DNA of 57,977 nt from a bacterium. GTDB taxonomy: Bacteria; CLD3; SB21. Position 1 is the first letter of the stretch; each line of letters starts with the position of its first letter. This document shows positions 38,326 through 48,634 of this stretch, piece after piece. The notes beneath the pieces are model-generated. The model had not been told where the DNA came from. It saw only the letters and a program-made list of their open reading frames with translations, and searched no databases. The stretch lies in assembly GCA_013360215.1 (NCBI GenBank), contig JABWCP010000020.1, positions 1 through 57,977 on the forward strand. Reading direction: 5' to 3'. Both the position numbers and the translations under genes were made by a program.

Positions 38326-38754
38326 ATGAAATTTTTAATACTCAATGGCCCCAATCTTAATCTGCTTGGCGAGCGCGAACCGCACATCTACGGGACTCAG
38401 ACTTTGGCAGATATAGAGGATAATCTCAAAACCGTTTTTCCGGAACATACGCTCGAATTCAAACAATCCAACATGGAAGGGGAATTAATTGATTTATTAC
38501 ACGCTGTGCGTAAAACGCACAACGGCGTGGTTTTTAATCCGGGGGCATATTCGCATTATGCTATCGCGTTACAGGATGCTATTACATCTATTCAAATTCC
38601 CGTCGTGGAGGTGCATTTATCCAATATTCATGCACGCGAAGAATTTCGCAGCCGCAGCGTAGTAGCCCGGGCATGCATCGGTCAGATCACCGGTTTCGGT
38701 AGCTATGGGTACGAGATGGCCATTCGTGCGCTGATACAGCATCACACAAAGTAA
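38326..38754 (+). CDS. aroQ: Type II 3-dehydroquinate dehydratase
   Basis: LNGPNLNLLGEREPHIYG, NPGAYSH, EVHLSNIHAREEFR. Confidence 0.96.
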   Translation: MKFLILNGPNLNLLGEREPHIYGTQTLADIEDNLKTVFPEHTLEFKQSNMEGELIDLLHAVRKTHNGVVFNPGAYSHYAIALQDAITSIQIPVVEVHLSNIHAREEFRSRSVVARACIGQITGFGSYGYEMAIRALIQHHTK

Positions 38755-38782
38755 TCGATAGATATCGCATTATTTTACAATC

Positions 38783-39247
38783 TCAGGCCGCCTCTGTTAT
38801 TACAAATTCCGCTTCCACGATCACTTCGGTTTTCATAGAATTGGCAATCAGGCATTTTTTATGTGCATCATGCATAATGGTGCGCGCTTTTTCTAAATCC
38901 GCTTCGTTATCTACAGCGATTTTGGGACGCACTACGATTTTTGTAAACCGATAACCGCCTTCGACAAATTCTAAAATACCGTTGGCCCGGCTTTGATAAT
39001 CGGCAATGTGTAATCCGGCTTTTTCCGTAAATGAAATAAACGTCGTCATGGTACAAATTTCAGCCGCCGCGACGAACAAATCTTCCGGCGTCCAGACATC
39101 GGTTTCACCTTTAAACTCCGGCGGGCTGGCAACACGAAAAGCCGGCTTATCTTCGGATGAAAGCATCGCTGCACGCGTTGCTATACGATGCAAACCGGTA
39201 TGATAGGTAAATGTTTTATATTTGGGTTTGGGGGCTACTGCTTCCAT
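38783..39247 (-). CDS. OsmC/Ohr family protein
   Basis: SPPEFKG..WTPEDLFVAAAEIC...AHKKCLIANS. Confidence 0.88.
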   Translation of the reverse strand: MEAVAPKPKYKTFTYHTGLHRIATRAAMLSSEDKPAFRVASPPEFKGETDVWTPEDLFVAAAEICTMTTFISFTEKAGLHIADYQSRANGILEFVEGGYRFTKIVVRPKIAVDNEADLEKARTIMHDAHKKCLIANSMKTEVIVEAEFVITEAA

Positions 39248-39331
39248 AATGCACCTCTATAATATTGGAATAGTTTTTATTTATATATAACTATATAGAT
39301 ATATAGAGATCGATCAAATGACTTTTATCAT

Positions 39332-39364
39332 AAAAAAACCCGCCAAAAATATCTGGCGGGTTTT
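39332..39364 (-). terminator. Rho-independent terminator after sucD
   Basis: AAAACCCGCCA-loop-TGGCGGGTTTT. Confidence 0.85.
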
Positions 39365-39386
39365 ATAGATTCTTTATGAAAGATAA

Positions 39387-40430
39387 TTATTTTTTCTTCT
39401 TCTTATCTTTCTTTTTGTCTTTTTTCTTATCGGATTTTTTAGACTTCTTATCCGATTTCTTATCCTTTTTCTTGTCCGTTTTTTTTGCTTCAACTTTTAC
39501 GGCAGGTTTTGCCGAAGCCGCACTTTTTACTTTAATGCCAAGCACCTGCGCTACGGTCACGCCGAGATCGGCAGGGCTTTTGACGACGTGAATTCCAGCC
39601 GACTTCAGCGCTTTCATTTTTTCTTCCGCTGTACCTTTGCCACCGCTGATGATCGCACCGGCATGGCCCATACGACGACCCGGAGGCGCGGTCTGGCCCG
39701 CGATAAATGCAACCACGGGTTTTTTAAAATTCTTTTTAACCCATGCGGCCGCTTCTTCTTCAGCCGTACCGCCGATTTCACCGATCATAATGATCGCATC
39801 CGTATCTTTATCTTCGGCAAATAGTTTGAATGCATCCACGAAACGCGTACCGATCACAGGATCACCGCCGATACCGATACAGGTGGATTGACCGATTTTC
39901 AATGCCGTTAGCTGTCCCACCGCTTCATAGGTCAGTGTTCCGGAACGGGAAATAACTCCGACGCGACCGGGTTTGTGAATAAATGCCGGCATGATACCGA
40001 CTTTACATTTACCGGGCGAAATCACACCGGGGCAATTCGGCCCGACGAGATGCACACCTTTATCTTTGATGAAATTGTAGGCACGCACCATATCCGCGGC
40101 AGGGATACCTTCGGTAATACAAATAATCACTTTGATACCTGCTTCGGCTGCTTCGATGATGGCATCGGCAGCAAAAGCCGGAGGAACAAAGATCACCGAT
40201 GTATTGGCCTTGGCTTTTTCCACCGCATCTTTGACCGTGTTAAAAACGGGTACACCATACTTCAGTTTATCTTTTTCATTTCCTTTATATACAAGACCAC
40301 CCTTGCCCGGTGTTACACCGGCGACTACGTACGGACCATACTCTGTCATCTGACTTGTATGAAAAGTACCTTCTTTACCCGTAATACCTTGTACCACAAG
40401 ACGGGTCTTTTTATCTACCAAAACACTCAT
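39387..40430 (-). CDS. sucD: Succinyl-CoA synthetase alpha subunit with Lys-rich C-terminal extension
   Basis: [37 protein letters not shown]. Confidence 0.96.
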   Translation of the reverse strand: MSVLVDKKTRLVVQGITGKEGTFHTSQMTEYGPYVVAGVTPGKGGLVYKGNEKDKLKYGVPVFNTVKDAVEKAKANTSVIFVPPAFAADAIIEAAEAGIKVIICITEGIPAADMVRAYNFIKDKGVHLVGPNCPGVISPGKCKVGIMPAFIHKPGRVGVISRSGTLTYEAVGQLTALKIGQSTCIGIGGDPVIGTRFVDAFKLFAEDKDTDAIIMIGEIGGTAEEEAAAWVKKNFKKPVVAFIAGQTAPPGRRMGHAGAIISGGKGTAEEKMKALKSAGIHVVKSPADLGVTVAQVLGIKVKSAASAKPAVKVEAKKTDKKKDKKSDKKSKKSDKKKDKKKDKKKKK

Positions 40431-40455
40431 ACCATTCTCCTCAAAGCTGTATTGA

Positions 40456-40914
40456 TCAATATATTCTTACGACTATTTGCAAAATTACATTGGCCCAAAT
40501 ACCGGCAAGTACATCATCCATCATGACGCCCCATCCCTTCGGTAAGTCCTGCAGGCGATTAATGCCAAACCATTTGGTAATGTCAAAAAAACGGAAAAGA
40601 ACAAAAGCGCCGATCATTACAATCCACGTTTTCGGAAGAAACCATAAGGCGATCCAAAGTCCAACGACTTCATCAATGACAACACACGAAGGATCGTGCC
40701 CGTACACCTTTTCCAGACGCGTCGCGGAGACCACGCCAAGCCCGAAAACTGCGGCGATAATAATAAAAAAAACAGCGTGAATCAATAAGGAAGATGACGA
40801 AGGAAAAAAAATGAAGTATATAGCCAGTGCCAAAAGACTTCCCCAAGTACCCGGCGCTTTCGGAAGATAACCCACCCCCAACGCCGTACCCAGGAGCTTA
40901 TGCGCATTCAGCAT
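40456..40914 (-). CDS. pgpA: Phosphatidylglycerophosphatase A
   Basis: [36 protein letters not shown]. Confidence 0.93.
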   Translation of the reverse strand: MLNAHKLLGTALGVGYLPKAPGTWGSLLALAIYFIFFPSSSSLLIHAVFFIIIAAVFGLGVVSATRLEKVYGHDPSCVVIDEVVGLWIALWFLPKTWIVMIGAFVLFRFFDITKWFGINRLQDLPKGWGVMMDDVLAGIWANVILQIVVRIY

Positions 40915-40919
40915 CGGAT

Positions 40920-41546
40920 TTACGTGTTTTTGACTTGTGAAGGTGAATGAAGAGAACGAAGGCTTTCACGGTTTTCATACAAATACAAAAGACCGGATAT
41001 CACGGTGACCGTCGTCACCACCAGCATCCCTACGTAGATCACTTCGTAGTGCGTGACGATGTAGATGAAATAATTTAGTTGCTCACTGATCGTCATATGT
41101 ATCAACGATTGCATGGCAATAAAAATTAAAATCAATCCGATCATCAACATCTGAAAAGCCGTTTTGAGCTTGGCAAAAAAATTAGTCATCATCGGTTTAC
41201 CGCGACGTATCGCATACGAACGGAGGCTGGTTATCATAAAATCGCGGATCACAATCACCATCACCATCCATAGCTTTACAAATCCGAGATAAACGAATGA
41301 AAAAAATGCCGATAATACCAGTATTTTATCAGCCAAAGGATCAAGGAATTTACCCAATCCGGAATGGTAACTGTATTTGCGCGCCAAATAACCATCTACC
41401 CAATCGGTCACCGATGCAAAAACAAAAAGAGCAACGGAGTAAACCTGATACTCATCGGACAGCAAACAAAAAACAAATACCGGAGTTAGCAGGATGCGAA
41501 GGATAGTTAATATGTTAGGTATAAAACGCATGGCTAAGATAAACAT
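40920..41546 (-). CDS. pgsA: CDP-diacylglycerol--glycerol-3-phosphate 3-phosphatidyltransferase
   Basis: PNILTILR, TDWVDGYLAR...GKFLDPLADK; the start may be MRFIP slightly downstream. Confidence 0.93.
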   Translation of the reverse strand: MFILAMRFIPNILTILRILLTPVFVFCLLSDEYQVYSVALFVFASVTDWVDGYLARKYSYHSGLGKFLDPLADKILVLSAFFSFVYLGFVKLWMVMVIVIRDFMITSLRSYAIRRGKPMMTNFFAKLKTAFQMLMIGLILIFIAMQSLIHMTISEQLNYFIYIVTHYEVIYVGMLVVTTVTVISGLLYLYENRESLRSLHSPSQVKNT

Positions 41547-41618
41547 TGTTTGGATAACCGGTGTTGGCTATCTTGGTGGCATATTACTCTAAAAGCGTTC
41601 AACAATCAAGTTATTTCT

Positions 41619-42401
41619 GTGCGTAAAACATGGCAGTGGATAGATACGGGGAAGCAGCCCGGAAGTTTCAACATGGCTTTTGACGAATATTTAGCGGCAG
41701 AAGTCGGCTCCGGTTTGCGGCCAACCACTTTACGTTTTTTCCAATGGCATCCGTATTGCATTTCACTGGGCAAACATCAGAATATATCCGAAATCAATTC
41801 TGAAAAAGCGCATCACGACGGACTTGAAATTGTCTTTCGGCCGACGGGTGGGCGTGCCATTCTCCATGCACAAGAATTGACCTACAGTATTGTCTATCGT
41901 GACGATATCCGCGGTTCGGTCGAAGAATCCCACGCGCATATCAGCACGGCGATTGCTATTGCTTTGCGCCGATTGGGATATGAAGCCTATTGTACGACCG
42001 AGCAGACTGATTTCAAGCAGCATTATCGAAATCCCTCTTCCGCGTTGTGTTTCTCCAGTTCCGCTAAATCAGAAATTCAGATTGAGGGGAAAAAAGTCGT
42101 TGGCAGTGCGCAGCGGCGATATGCGCAGGCTACGCTCCAGCATGGTTCGATCCTAATCGGAGATTTTCACCGAAAGCTGGCCGATTATATCCATGCCGAC
42201 GCGGCTACTAAAAATATTTTGCAACGCGTTATGAATGAAAAAACTACCGAGCTGAATCAGTACATAGCCGTGGATATTGCTGCTCTCAAAGAATCGCTCC
42301 GGGAAGCTTTTTCCGAATTTTTTTCGGTAGATTGGACAGAGGGCGCGTGGCAAGCCGATGCGATCGCATCACACCATCAGCGCTCCGCTTTCATGGTGTG
42401 A
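41619..42401 (+). CDS. Lipoate-protein ligase A / LipM-like octanoyltransferase
   Basis: NMAFDE, RPTGGRAILH, CF, KKVVGSAQRR, LQHGSI; probable GTG start at 41619. Confidence 0.88.
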   Translation: MRKTWQWIDTGKQPGSFNMAFDEYLAAEVGSGLRPTTLRFFQWHPYCISLGKHQNISEINSEKAHHDGLEIVFRPTGGRAILHAQELTYSIVYRDDIRGSVEESHAHISTAIAIALRRLGYEAYCTTEQTDFKQHYRNPSSALCFSSSAKSEIQIEGKKVVGSAQRRYAQATLQHGSILIGDFHRKLADYIHADAATKNILQRVMNEKTTELNQYIAVDIAALKESLREAFSEFFSVDWTEGAWQADAIASHHQRSAFMV

Positions 42402-43139
42402 AGACGCCGCAACAGCCGCATATTTTCGAAGCTGATTCAATGTACTTTGCAAGTCTTTGGGCAAAGGCGCTGAAACAGTAATTGGCCTGTTTTCCCATGG
42501 ATGCAAAAAAGTAAGCGCTGCAGCGTGAAGCGCCAATCTCCCCGGCAAGGCTTTTTCATCCGAATCGCCGGTTCTCTTATAGTTTTTTTTCAACTGCGAT
42601 AAAAATATTCCGGTCTCACTACCGTAATGCATATCCCCGACGATCGGCGTACCTTTCGCAAGACAGTGGATTCGTATCTGATGGGTACGCCCTGTTTTTG
42701 GACGTGCTTCAAGCCATGTCCATCGTGTAAACGACTCTATCACGCTAAACTCTGTTTCTGAAGGTTTCCCATGCGTACGATCAATTTTCATCAATCCGCG
42801 TTCTGCTTCACCGATCGGCACATCCACGTTGTATTGTTTTTCCTGCACGCGGCCGGAAACTAATGCCAAATAATTTTTTTGGATGGTATGTTTTTCAAAT
42901 TGTAAACTGACGGATTGGTGCGCTTCCTTATGTTTAGCGAAAAGTACTACACCGCTGGTCGGTTTATCCAGACGATGCACTTTGAATACGAAACCCCTTT
43001 CATCACGGAGTAAATCCGCTAAATTCGGCGCTTTCGTATCAAACCGATCTGCAATCGTCAAAAGCCCGGACGGTTTATGTACTGCAATGAAGTGTTCGTC
43101 CTCAAAGAGTACAACGATATCCCTAAATGACATACTCAT
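42369..43139 (-). CDS. RluA family RNA pseudouridine synthase
   Basis: KPSGL, HRLDKPTSG, TGRTHQIRIH, PIVGD, LHA. Confidence 0.92.
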   Translation of the reverse strand: MSMSFRDIVVLFEDEHFIAVHKPSGLLTIADRFDTKAPNLADLLRDERGFVFKVHRLDKPTSGVVLFAKHKEAHQSVSLQFEKHTIQKNYLALVSGRVQEKQYNVDVPIGEAERGLMKIDRTHGKPSETEFSVIESFTRWTWLEARPKTGRTHQIRIHCLAKGTPIVGDMHYGSETGIFLSQLKKNYKRTGDSDEKALPGRLALHAAALTFLHPWENRPITVSAPLPKDLQSTLNQLRKYAAVAASSHHESGALMV

Positions 43140-43187
43140 ACTTTAACGGAATATTAAAATAGGTGAGAAGAAAAAATGATCCGTTTC

Positions 43188-44540
43188 TTACCAGCGTTCA
43201 CGCGCAGGGCGACCTTCGCTAATATCCGTTGACATGTCAATATAACGGCTCAATCTAAACATAAGTTGACGTGCCGGGCCCTTGAATTGTTCCACCCGCG
43301 TCAGAGCCAATTCGCCCTGCACCGTTTCATATTGATCGCGGTATTTGGGTAAAACCGTATTTTTATAAAATTCAGGGAAGCGGCTGTTGACCTCGATAAA
43401 CTCACCTTTGTCATAGGTATATACATCATACCAGGAGGCAATCGCACCTTGGCTGAAGTATGAATTCGTCGTATGAATCACTTCATCGGTACCGTCACCG
43501 TTAAGATCCCGTGCATCGCCGAATGCGCCAAAGTCTGCGCCGCGAAATTTGTCCCCATCCCAAAAAATAATCACCGTACTGTTTTTTCCCCAAGGGTTCC
43601 CATGCTCGACAAAACGCAAAAATACATCCGGACCAAATCGGTTATCCAAATTGACAATTTTGATGTCCGAACTGTGGAACGAATTTTCGGAGTATTTGCG
43701 TTCAAAAGCCCAAACCCATTGATCCCCTTGTTTTTTTAGAACGCGGAAAAAGCATCGCTCTTTGGTATCTTCCATATTACGCGGCATACCGGCGATAAGT
43801 AATTCGTCCGTGCCATCCGCATCAAAATCCACGTAAAATCCGCGCGTTTCGCCTACGTACGCCACAGCCGGCGAAGGCGTCTCGGACGTATCAATGAGGT
43901 GCATTCGCATTAATTCACCCTGCCGGAGGGTTTTAAATAAATGCCGGTATGATTGGGTCATATGTTCATACACCGCGTCCGACGGACCGGTTGATAAAAA
44001 TTCGACAAAAGAAGCATAGATATCGCCGGCAAATTGCACGGGAAAATAAGTCAAGGATAACGTGGAAGCGTCACAACGATCTGCCCACGGCGCATTGATC
44101 TGACTCCGGTCAACATCGTTGCGCAAAGGTGGTGCAATCATATAGCCGGTCAACCCCGACTTGGTCACCACCCGGTGCGGTTCACGTATCGTATCACACA
44201 CGTAAGTATGACGCAAGACCGAACGTTCAATCGTATATTCATCGGTCGGGATATTGAGAAGGGACGACTCCTCGGCCAACGCTTTTACTGAAATATAGCG
44301 ACGCGTTTCCGCATCATATAGTTCAACGCCCTGCGCATCTTCACGAATACTCCAGGTCGAAGGAATTTCAACTGAAAAACCGAATTTTGTATTGGCATAA
44401 GTTTTCCACTCGGCAGGCTTCGTATTGGTACGAACAAAATCCACCGGATGGCATACCAAAAAATTAAACACCACCACCATGCCGATCGCTAAAACGGCCA
44501 CGGAAAGATGGTACGTCCATTGTTTTGCGCGCTGACTCAT
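43188..44540 (-). CDS. Membrane-anchored hypothetical protein with a PsbP-like domain and FG-GAP-like repeats
   Basis: N-terminal TM; WKTYANTKFGFSVEIPSTW; DFDADGTDELL, DLNGDGTDEVI. Confidence 0.55.
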   Translation of the reverse strand: MSQRAKQWTYHLSVAVLAIGMVVVFNFLVCHPVDFVRTNTKPAEWKTYANTKFGFSVEIPSTWSIREDAQGVELYDAETRRYISVKALAEESSLLNIPTDEYTIERSVLRHTYVCDTIREPHRVVTKSGLTGYMIAPPLRNDVDRSQINAPWADRCDASTLSLTYFPVQFAGDIYASFVEFLSTGPSDAVYEHMTQSYRHLFKTLRQGELMRMHLIDTSETPSPAVAYVGETRGFYVDFDADGTDELLIAGMPRNMEDTKERCFFRVLKKQGDQWVWAFERKYSENSFHSSDIKIVNLDNRFGPDVFLRFVEHGNPWGKNSTVIIFWDGDKFRGADFGAFGDARDLNGDGTDEVIHTTNSYFSQGAIASWYDVYTYDKGEFIEVNSRFPEFYKNTVLPKYRDQYETVQGELALTRVEQFKGPARQLMFRLSRYIDMSTDISEGRPARERW

Positions 44541-44569
44541 ATATACAACCCAGGCAGGTTATCTGAAAA

Positions 44570-45112
44570 CTAAATCACCGTTTTCATCTGTGCTAAACAT
44601 CCGAACAGCGTCGCGTCAAAGGTAGGCGCATCGTGGGCTTTGATCAGCAGGTTGTGAAAGCGTTCGCTGCGCGGTTCGGTAAATGCGCCGGCCAGGACCG
44701 ATACGCCACAGGCACGTAGTGCCCAGGCCATCGCCCAGTCGGCCGTAAAAGTAAAATCAAGGATCATATCGTATTCTTTTGCGCGAATACGATCTACGGC
44801 TTCTCTGTTTAATGTCCGCAACAAACCAAAATCGGTCTTAGCTAATATCGTTACGGTCGCTTGGCGTTCGGTCAGAAATGCGGAAACTTCTTGCGGCGTT
44901 TCCGGATGTAGCAAAAACTCCAATATACAACCGGACAGTGTTTTTTGTATTTGACCAAAAATGGTTTCGGCGCGTGATTTATCGATGGCCATCGGAAAAT
45001 ATACCAACACACGTTTGATCTCAGATAAACGCTGTGGAAAATCCATCACCTCCGTCGGTTTGAGGAACCGCGAACGCCATAAAAACCACTGTGCCGATAT
45101 AAATTCCATCAT
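44570..45112 (-). CDS. Hypothetical protein resembling the N-terminal Rossmann domain of GT9 heptosyltransferases
   Basis: 180 aa ORF; IRAKEYDMILDF motif. Confidence 0.45.
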   Translation of the reverse strand: MMEFISAQWFLWRSRFLKPTEVMDFPQRLSEIKRVLVYFPMAIDKSRAETIFGQIQKTLSGCILEFLLHPETPQEVSAFLTERQATVTILAKTDFGLLRTLNREAVDRIRAKEYDMILDFTFTADWAMAWALRACGVSVLAGAFTEPRSERFHNLLIKAHDAPTFDATLFGCLAQMKTVI

Positions 45113-45131
45113 ATTCTTTTACAAAAACATT

Positions 45132-46472
45132 CTATAAACGAACATCAATAAAGAACTTGGATTTGATTTTTTCGAGCCATTTGTCCATTTCTTTGGCCTG
45201 TTTTTGACGCAGGGCGAAATTTTCAATGGTTTGCCAGTCTTCATTAAGATTCAACTTGCGTGTATCACGACGGTCATGTAACTGTACTATGAAGAAACCA
45301 AAAGGAGTTTCAAACGGTTCGGAAATTTCTTCGTTTTTTAGAGGATCCAGCGCTTTTACAAACGATTTATCCTGCAACGTAGCGATCTCTATCCATCCCA
45401 TGTTACCGAGATTGCCTTTTTTGGCAGGATCATCCGAATACTGCAGCGCCGCTTTTTCAAATGATATTTTGCCTTCCAAAATATCCTGACGAATGCGGCC
45501 CAATTTTTCGCGCGTACGGGTTTTATCTTCGGGACCATTGGCCACGCCCAATAAAATGTGGCGTACGTGAATGCGTTCACCGCTCTTTTCAATCATCTGT
45601 ATGATGTGATAACCAAATTCCGATTTGACAACATCGGAAATTTCACCCGGCTCGAGACGTACGGCCGCATCGGCAAATTCTTTTACAAAGTCGTTGCGAT
45701 TGAACCAGCCCAAATCACCGCCTTTTTTTCCGGAACCCGGATCGGTGGATACCGCCTTGGCAATCGTTGCGAAGTCCGCACCTTTTTTGATCGAGTCAAG
45801 ATACATTTGCGCCATGCGTCGCGCTTCGGCAAACGCTTCATCGCCGGCTTTCACTTCAAGTAAGATCTGGCTGAATTTTACCGATGCTCCGATCTGAGGC
45901 AAGCTGTCCTGAAACTCTTCAAAGAATTTTTCTATTTCGCTACGCGACACCTTGACATCGTTAAACTTAGTGCTTTGTATGCGTTGGGCCAGCATCTGTT
46001 TACGAATATTCGGTCGGTACAAGCGTTTGAGTTCTTTCACAGATTTGCCCATGGCCCGTTCGAGTTCGTCTTCACCGCCGGCTTGCTGGACGCGCTCGCG
46101 AATCTGCTGTTCCAGCGATTGTTCGACTTGGGCTTCATCTATCGTGATACTGTCAAACCGCGCCTGAGCGAGCATGATCTTTTGCTGGATCATGGTCTCT
46201 AATACACGTCTCATGATTTTATCAAATTCTTCGGTATTACTCGGATTGATGTGTAGATTCATCGCTTCGAAGTACGCATACTGTTGCACTTCCGACATCA
46301 TGATCGCTTCATCATCCACAACCGCGGCAATTTTGTCAATTAACTGACGCCCCGTCTGCGCCGATAGTGATCCGGTTAAAATAACCGACACGGCCACCGC
46401 ACCCCAAAAAAATCGACGAAAGAAAAACTTACTGATAATCATGCCATTCCTTATCTCTGTATCTACATCCAA
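45132..46472 (-). CDS. surA: SurA-like periplasmic chaperone/PPIase
   Basis: IDKIAAVVD N-terminal domain; two parvulin domains (STDPGS..GGDLGW, SEFGYHII; YSDD...GNMGW). Confidence 0.88.
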   Translation of the reverse strand: MDVDTEIRNGMIISKFFFRRFFWGAVAVSVILTGSLSAQTGRQLIDKIAAVVDDEAIMMSEVQQYAYFEAMNLHINPSNTEEFDKIMRRVLETMIQQKIMLAQARFDSITIDEAQVEQSLEQQIRERVQQAGGEDELERAMGKSVKELKRLYRPNIRKQMLAQRIQSTKFNDVKVSRSEIEKFFEEFQDSLPQIGASVKFSQILLEVKAGDEAFAEARRMAQMYLDSIKKGADFATIAKAVSTDPGSGKKGGDLGWFNRNDFVKEFADAAVRLEPGEISDVVKSEFGYHIIQMIEKSGERIHVRHILLGVANGPEDKTRTREKLGRIRQDILEGKISFEKAALQYSDDPAKKGNLGNMGWIEIATLQDKSFVKALDPLKNEEISEPFETPFGFFIVQLHDRRDTRKLNLNEDWQTIENFALRQKQAKEMDKWLEKIKSKFFIDVRL

Positions 46473-46484
46473 TGTATTTATTTC

Positions 46485-46862
46485 TTAGTCAATACAACCT
46501 TTGTAAAACGGACGAAAAGGTTGAATATCCATCCGCAAAATATCTTTGATCACTATGGAGTCTTGATCAAAACAGGCACGCACTTCTTCCATACTTTCTG
46601 TTTTAAATACAACAAGGCCAAATTCGCCATACCGTGCTCCAAGCGCGATCTTACCTTCCGCATGCAAGCGTTTGAGATTGGCTCCGTGTTCTTTGAAGTG
46701 CGGCTGCTCGTAGGCCGTTTTGGTCGTATCCCAGTTTTTCCCGGTGGTAAAAACAGCGGCTACGTAAGGCTTCGGCGCAGCTTTCGGTATTTCTTTTTGC
46801 GCCCAACCCGAAACGACACAACTCCACATCAGAGCCGAAATATATAAAAACTCTTTTTTCAA
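46485..46862 (-). CDS. Secreted YciI-like protein
   Basis: Signal peptide, HFKEHGANL..L..EGKI; probable TTG start at 46862 overlapping the ALDH stop. Confidence 0.6.
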   Translation of the reverse strand: MKKEFLYISALMWSCVVSGWAQKEIPKAAPKPYVAAVFTTGKNWDTTKTAYEQPHFKEHGANLKRLHAEGKIALGARYGEFGLVVFKTESMEEVRACFDQDSIVIKDILRMDIQPFRPFYKGCID

Positions 46863-48334
46863 TTGAGATCCACCCATACGGATTTGACCTGCGTGTAAAA
46901 TTCGTAAATCGCTTCCATACCGCATTCGCGCGTAAAACCGGACATTTTGTATCCGCCGTATGGCATCGCCGCATCGTACATGTTATATGTATTGATCCAT
47001 ACCGTGCCGGCTTTGATTTTTTTGGCTAACGTGTGCGCCTTCTTGATATCACGCGTCCATATCCCTGCGGCAAGCCCGTAGTACGTGCGATTGGCTTTTT
47101 CGACGACATCATCAAAATCTTTGAACTTCATCGTCGCCAGGACCGGCCCGAAAATTTCTTCGGTAGCAATTTTCATGGACGTATCCACATTTCCGAAAAC
47201 GGTGGGCTGGAAAAAATATCCATCGTTGCCGATACGATTTCCTCCGGCAAGAAGCGCCGCACCTTCGGATTTACCGGCTTGCACATAACTCATCACTTTA
47301 TTCATTTGCAGTTCTGATGTGAGCGGACCGAGTTTGGTCTCGGGATTCAACGGATCACCCGGCATCATTTTGGCCGCACGTGCAGCTAATTTTTCTATAA
47401 ATTCATCATGAATACTTTCTTCGATCAGAAGACGAGAACCTGCCGTACAGACTTCACCTTTGTTGTAAAAAATAGCGGCCGCCGCCATCTTGATCGTCGT
47501 ATCCAGATCCGTATCCGCGAAAACGATATTCGGTGATTTGCCGCCCAACTCCAGTGAAAGACGTTTCATCGTCAACGCCGCAGTTTTCATAATTTCCTGC
47601 CCTGTCGTCGTGCTCCCGGTAAAAGCAATGCCATCCACATCGGCGTGTGTGACCAGTGCGGCACCGGCCGTTTTTCCAAATCCGGTTACGACATTAAACA
47701 CACCTTCGGGAAAACCCGCTTCCGCAAAAAGTTCGGCCAGCTTAAGTGTCGTGAGCGGCGTAAATTCCGACGGCTTCACTACGACCGTATTGCCCGCCGC
47801 CAAAGCCGCAGCAATCTTGCGTGCTGCCGTGATCAACGGAAAATTCCACGGAATGATCAATCCCAAAACACCGAGCGGCTCACGCAGAGTATAGTTAAAA
47901 TAATTACCGTTAACAGGTATTGTTTCGCCCTCGATCTTGGTGGCAGCACCCGCGTAATACGCAAAAATATCCGCCGTTACAGGTATCTCAATGTTTTTAG
48001 TTTCGGAAATTGGTTTACCACAATCCACAGTCTCAAGGTATGCTAACTCATCAGCGTTTTGGGTAATCAATTCACTGACTTTCCACAACAATTTGCCGCG
48101 GCGACTTCCGCTCATGCGTGCCCACTTGCTCCCGTCAGAAAAAGCTTTACGCGCTGCCGAAACGGCAACGTCAATATCGTTTTTATCGCCTTCGGAAATA
48201 GCACATATCGCTTTACCCGTAGCAGGATTGATCGTTTCAAATGTTCGATTTGAAGCGGCATCAACAAACGTATTGTTTATGAAAAGTTTAGTGTTTTTGA
48301 CGTCAAAAATCTTAACATCGGCGGGAGCAGGCAT
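46859..48334 (-). CDS. NAD-dependent aldehyde dehydrogenase
   Basis: IPWNFP, KPSE, FTGSTTTG, LELGGKSP, catalytic Cys in GEVCTAGSR, EEIFGP. Confidence 0.95.
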   Translation of the reverse strand: MPAPADVKIFDVKNTKLFINNTFVDAASNRTFETINPATGKAICAISEGDKNDIDVAVSAARKAFSDGSKWARMSGSRRGKLLWKVSELITQNADELAYLETVDCGKPISETKNIEIPVTADIFAYYAGAATKIEGETIPVNGNYFNYTLREPLGVLGLIIPWNFPLITAARKIAAALAAGNTVVVKPSEFTPLTTLKLAELFAEAGFPEGVFNVVTGFGKTAGAALVTHADVDGIAFTGSTTTGQEIMKTAALTMKRLSLELGGKSPNIVFADTDLDTTIKMAAAAIFYNKGEVCTAGSRLLIEESIHDEFIEKLAARAAKMMPGDPLNPETKLGPLTSELQMNKVMSYVQAGKSEGAALLAGGNRIGNDGYFFQPTVFGNVDTSMKIATEEIFGPVLATMKFKDFDDVVEKANRTYYGLAAGIWTRDIKKAHTLAKKIKAGTVWINTYNMYDAAMPYGGYKMSGFTRECGMEAIYEFYTQVKSVWVDLN

Positions 48335-48390
48335 TCGAACTCCTAAAAATTCAGTGTTTGTTTTCGTAAGCTATTGGATTACAACGGGAT

Positions 48391-48419
48391 AAAGTACATT
48401 GATCGTAACCGAAAGTCAA
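48391..48419 (-). promoter_or_regulatory. Sigma70-like promoter for the aldehyde dehydrogenase operon
   Basis: Minus strand TTGACT-17 nt-TACTTT. Confidence 0.6.
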
Positions 48420-48421
48420 GT

Positions 48422-48486
48422 TTTTTCACAGTTTATCAACAAGAACAAACGTATGTTTGTATCATTGTGAATAACATTGTTTATAA
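48422..48486. promoter_or_regulatory. Cluster of four DnaA-box-like 9-mers in mirror arrangement
   Basis: TTTTTCACA and TTATCAACA forward; TGTGAATAA and TGTTTATAA reverse; central ACAAAC-GTAT-GTTTGT. Confidence 0.5.
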
Positions 48487-48577
48487 TCTTACCAACGCTT
48501 GTATATGTTGAGTTTGGACGTTACGCATTTTATTTCAACATCAAATTTTTGTCTGTTTTCACTTCATTTCTTTGCGC

Positions 48578-48612
48578 AAAAAAAACCGCGTATTTTTTTA
48601 GATACGCGGTTT
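48578..48612 (-). terminator. Rho-independent terminator after the thioredoxin-like gene
   Basis: AAACCGCGTAT-loop-ATACGCGGTTT with a U-tract on the minus strand. Confidence 0.85.
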
Positions 48613-48634
48613 GAATAAATACTATTTATTTTTT

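Noticed and set aside
39278-39315. TA-rich repeats upstream of osmC as DnaA-trio/origin element
   Set aside because: No DnaA boxes nearby; more likely promoter/operator sequence
39376-39591. 71-aa Phe/Leu/Ser-rich plus-strand ORF
   Set aside because: Antisense shadow of the Lys-rich sucD tail
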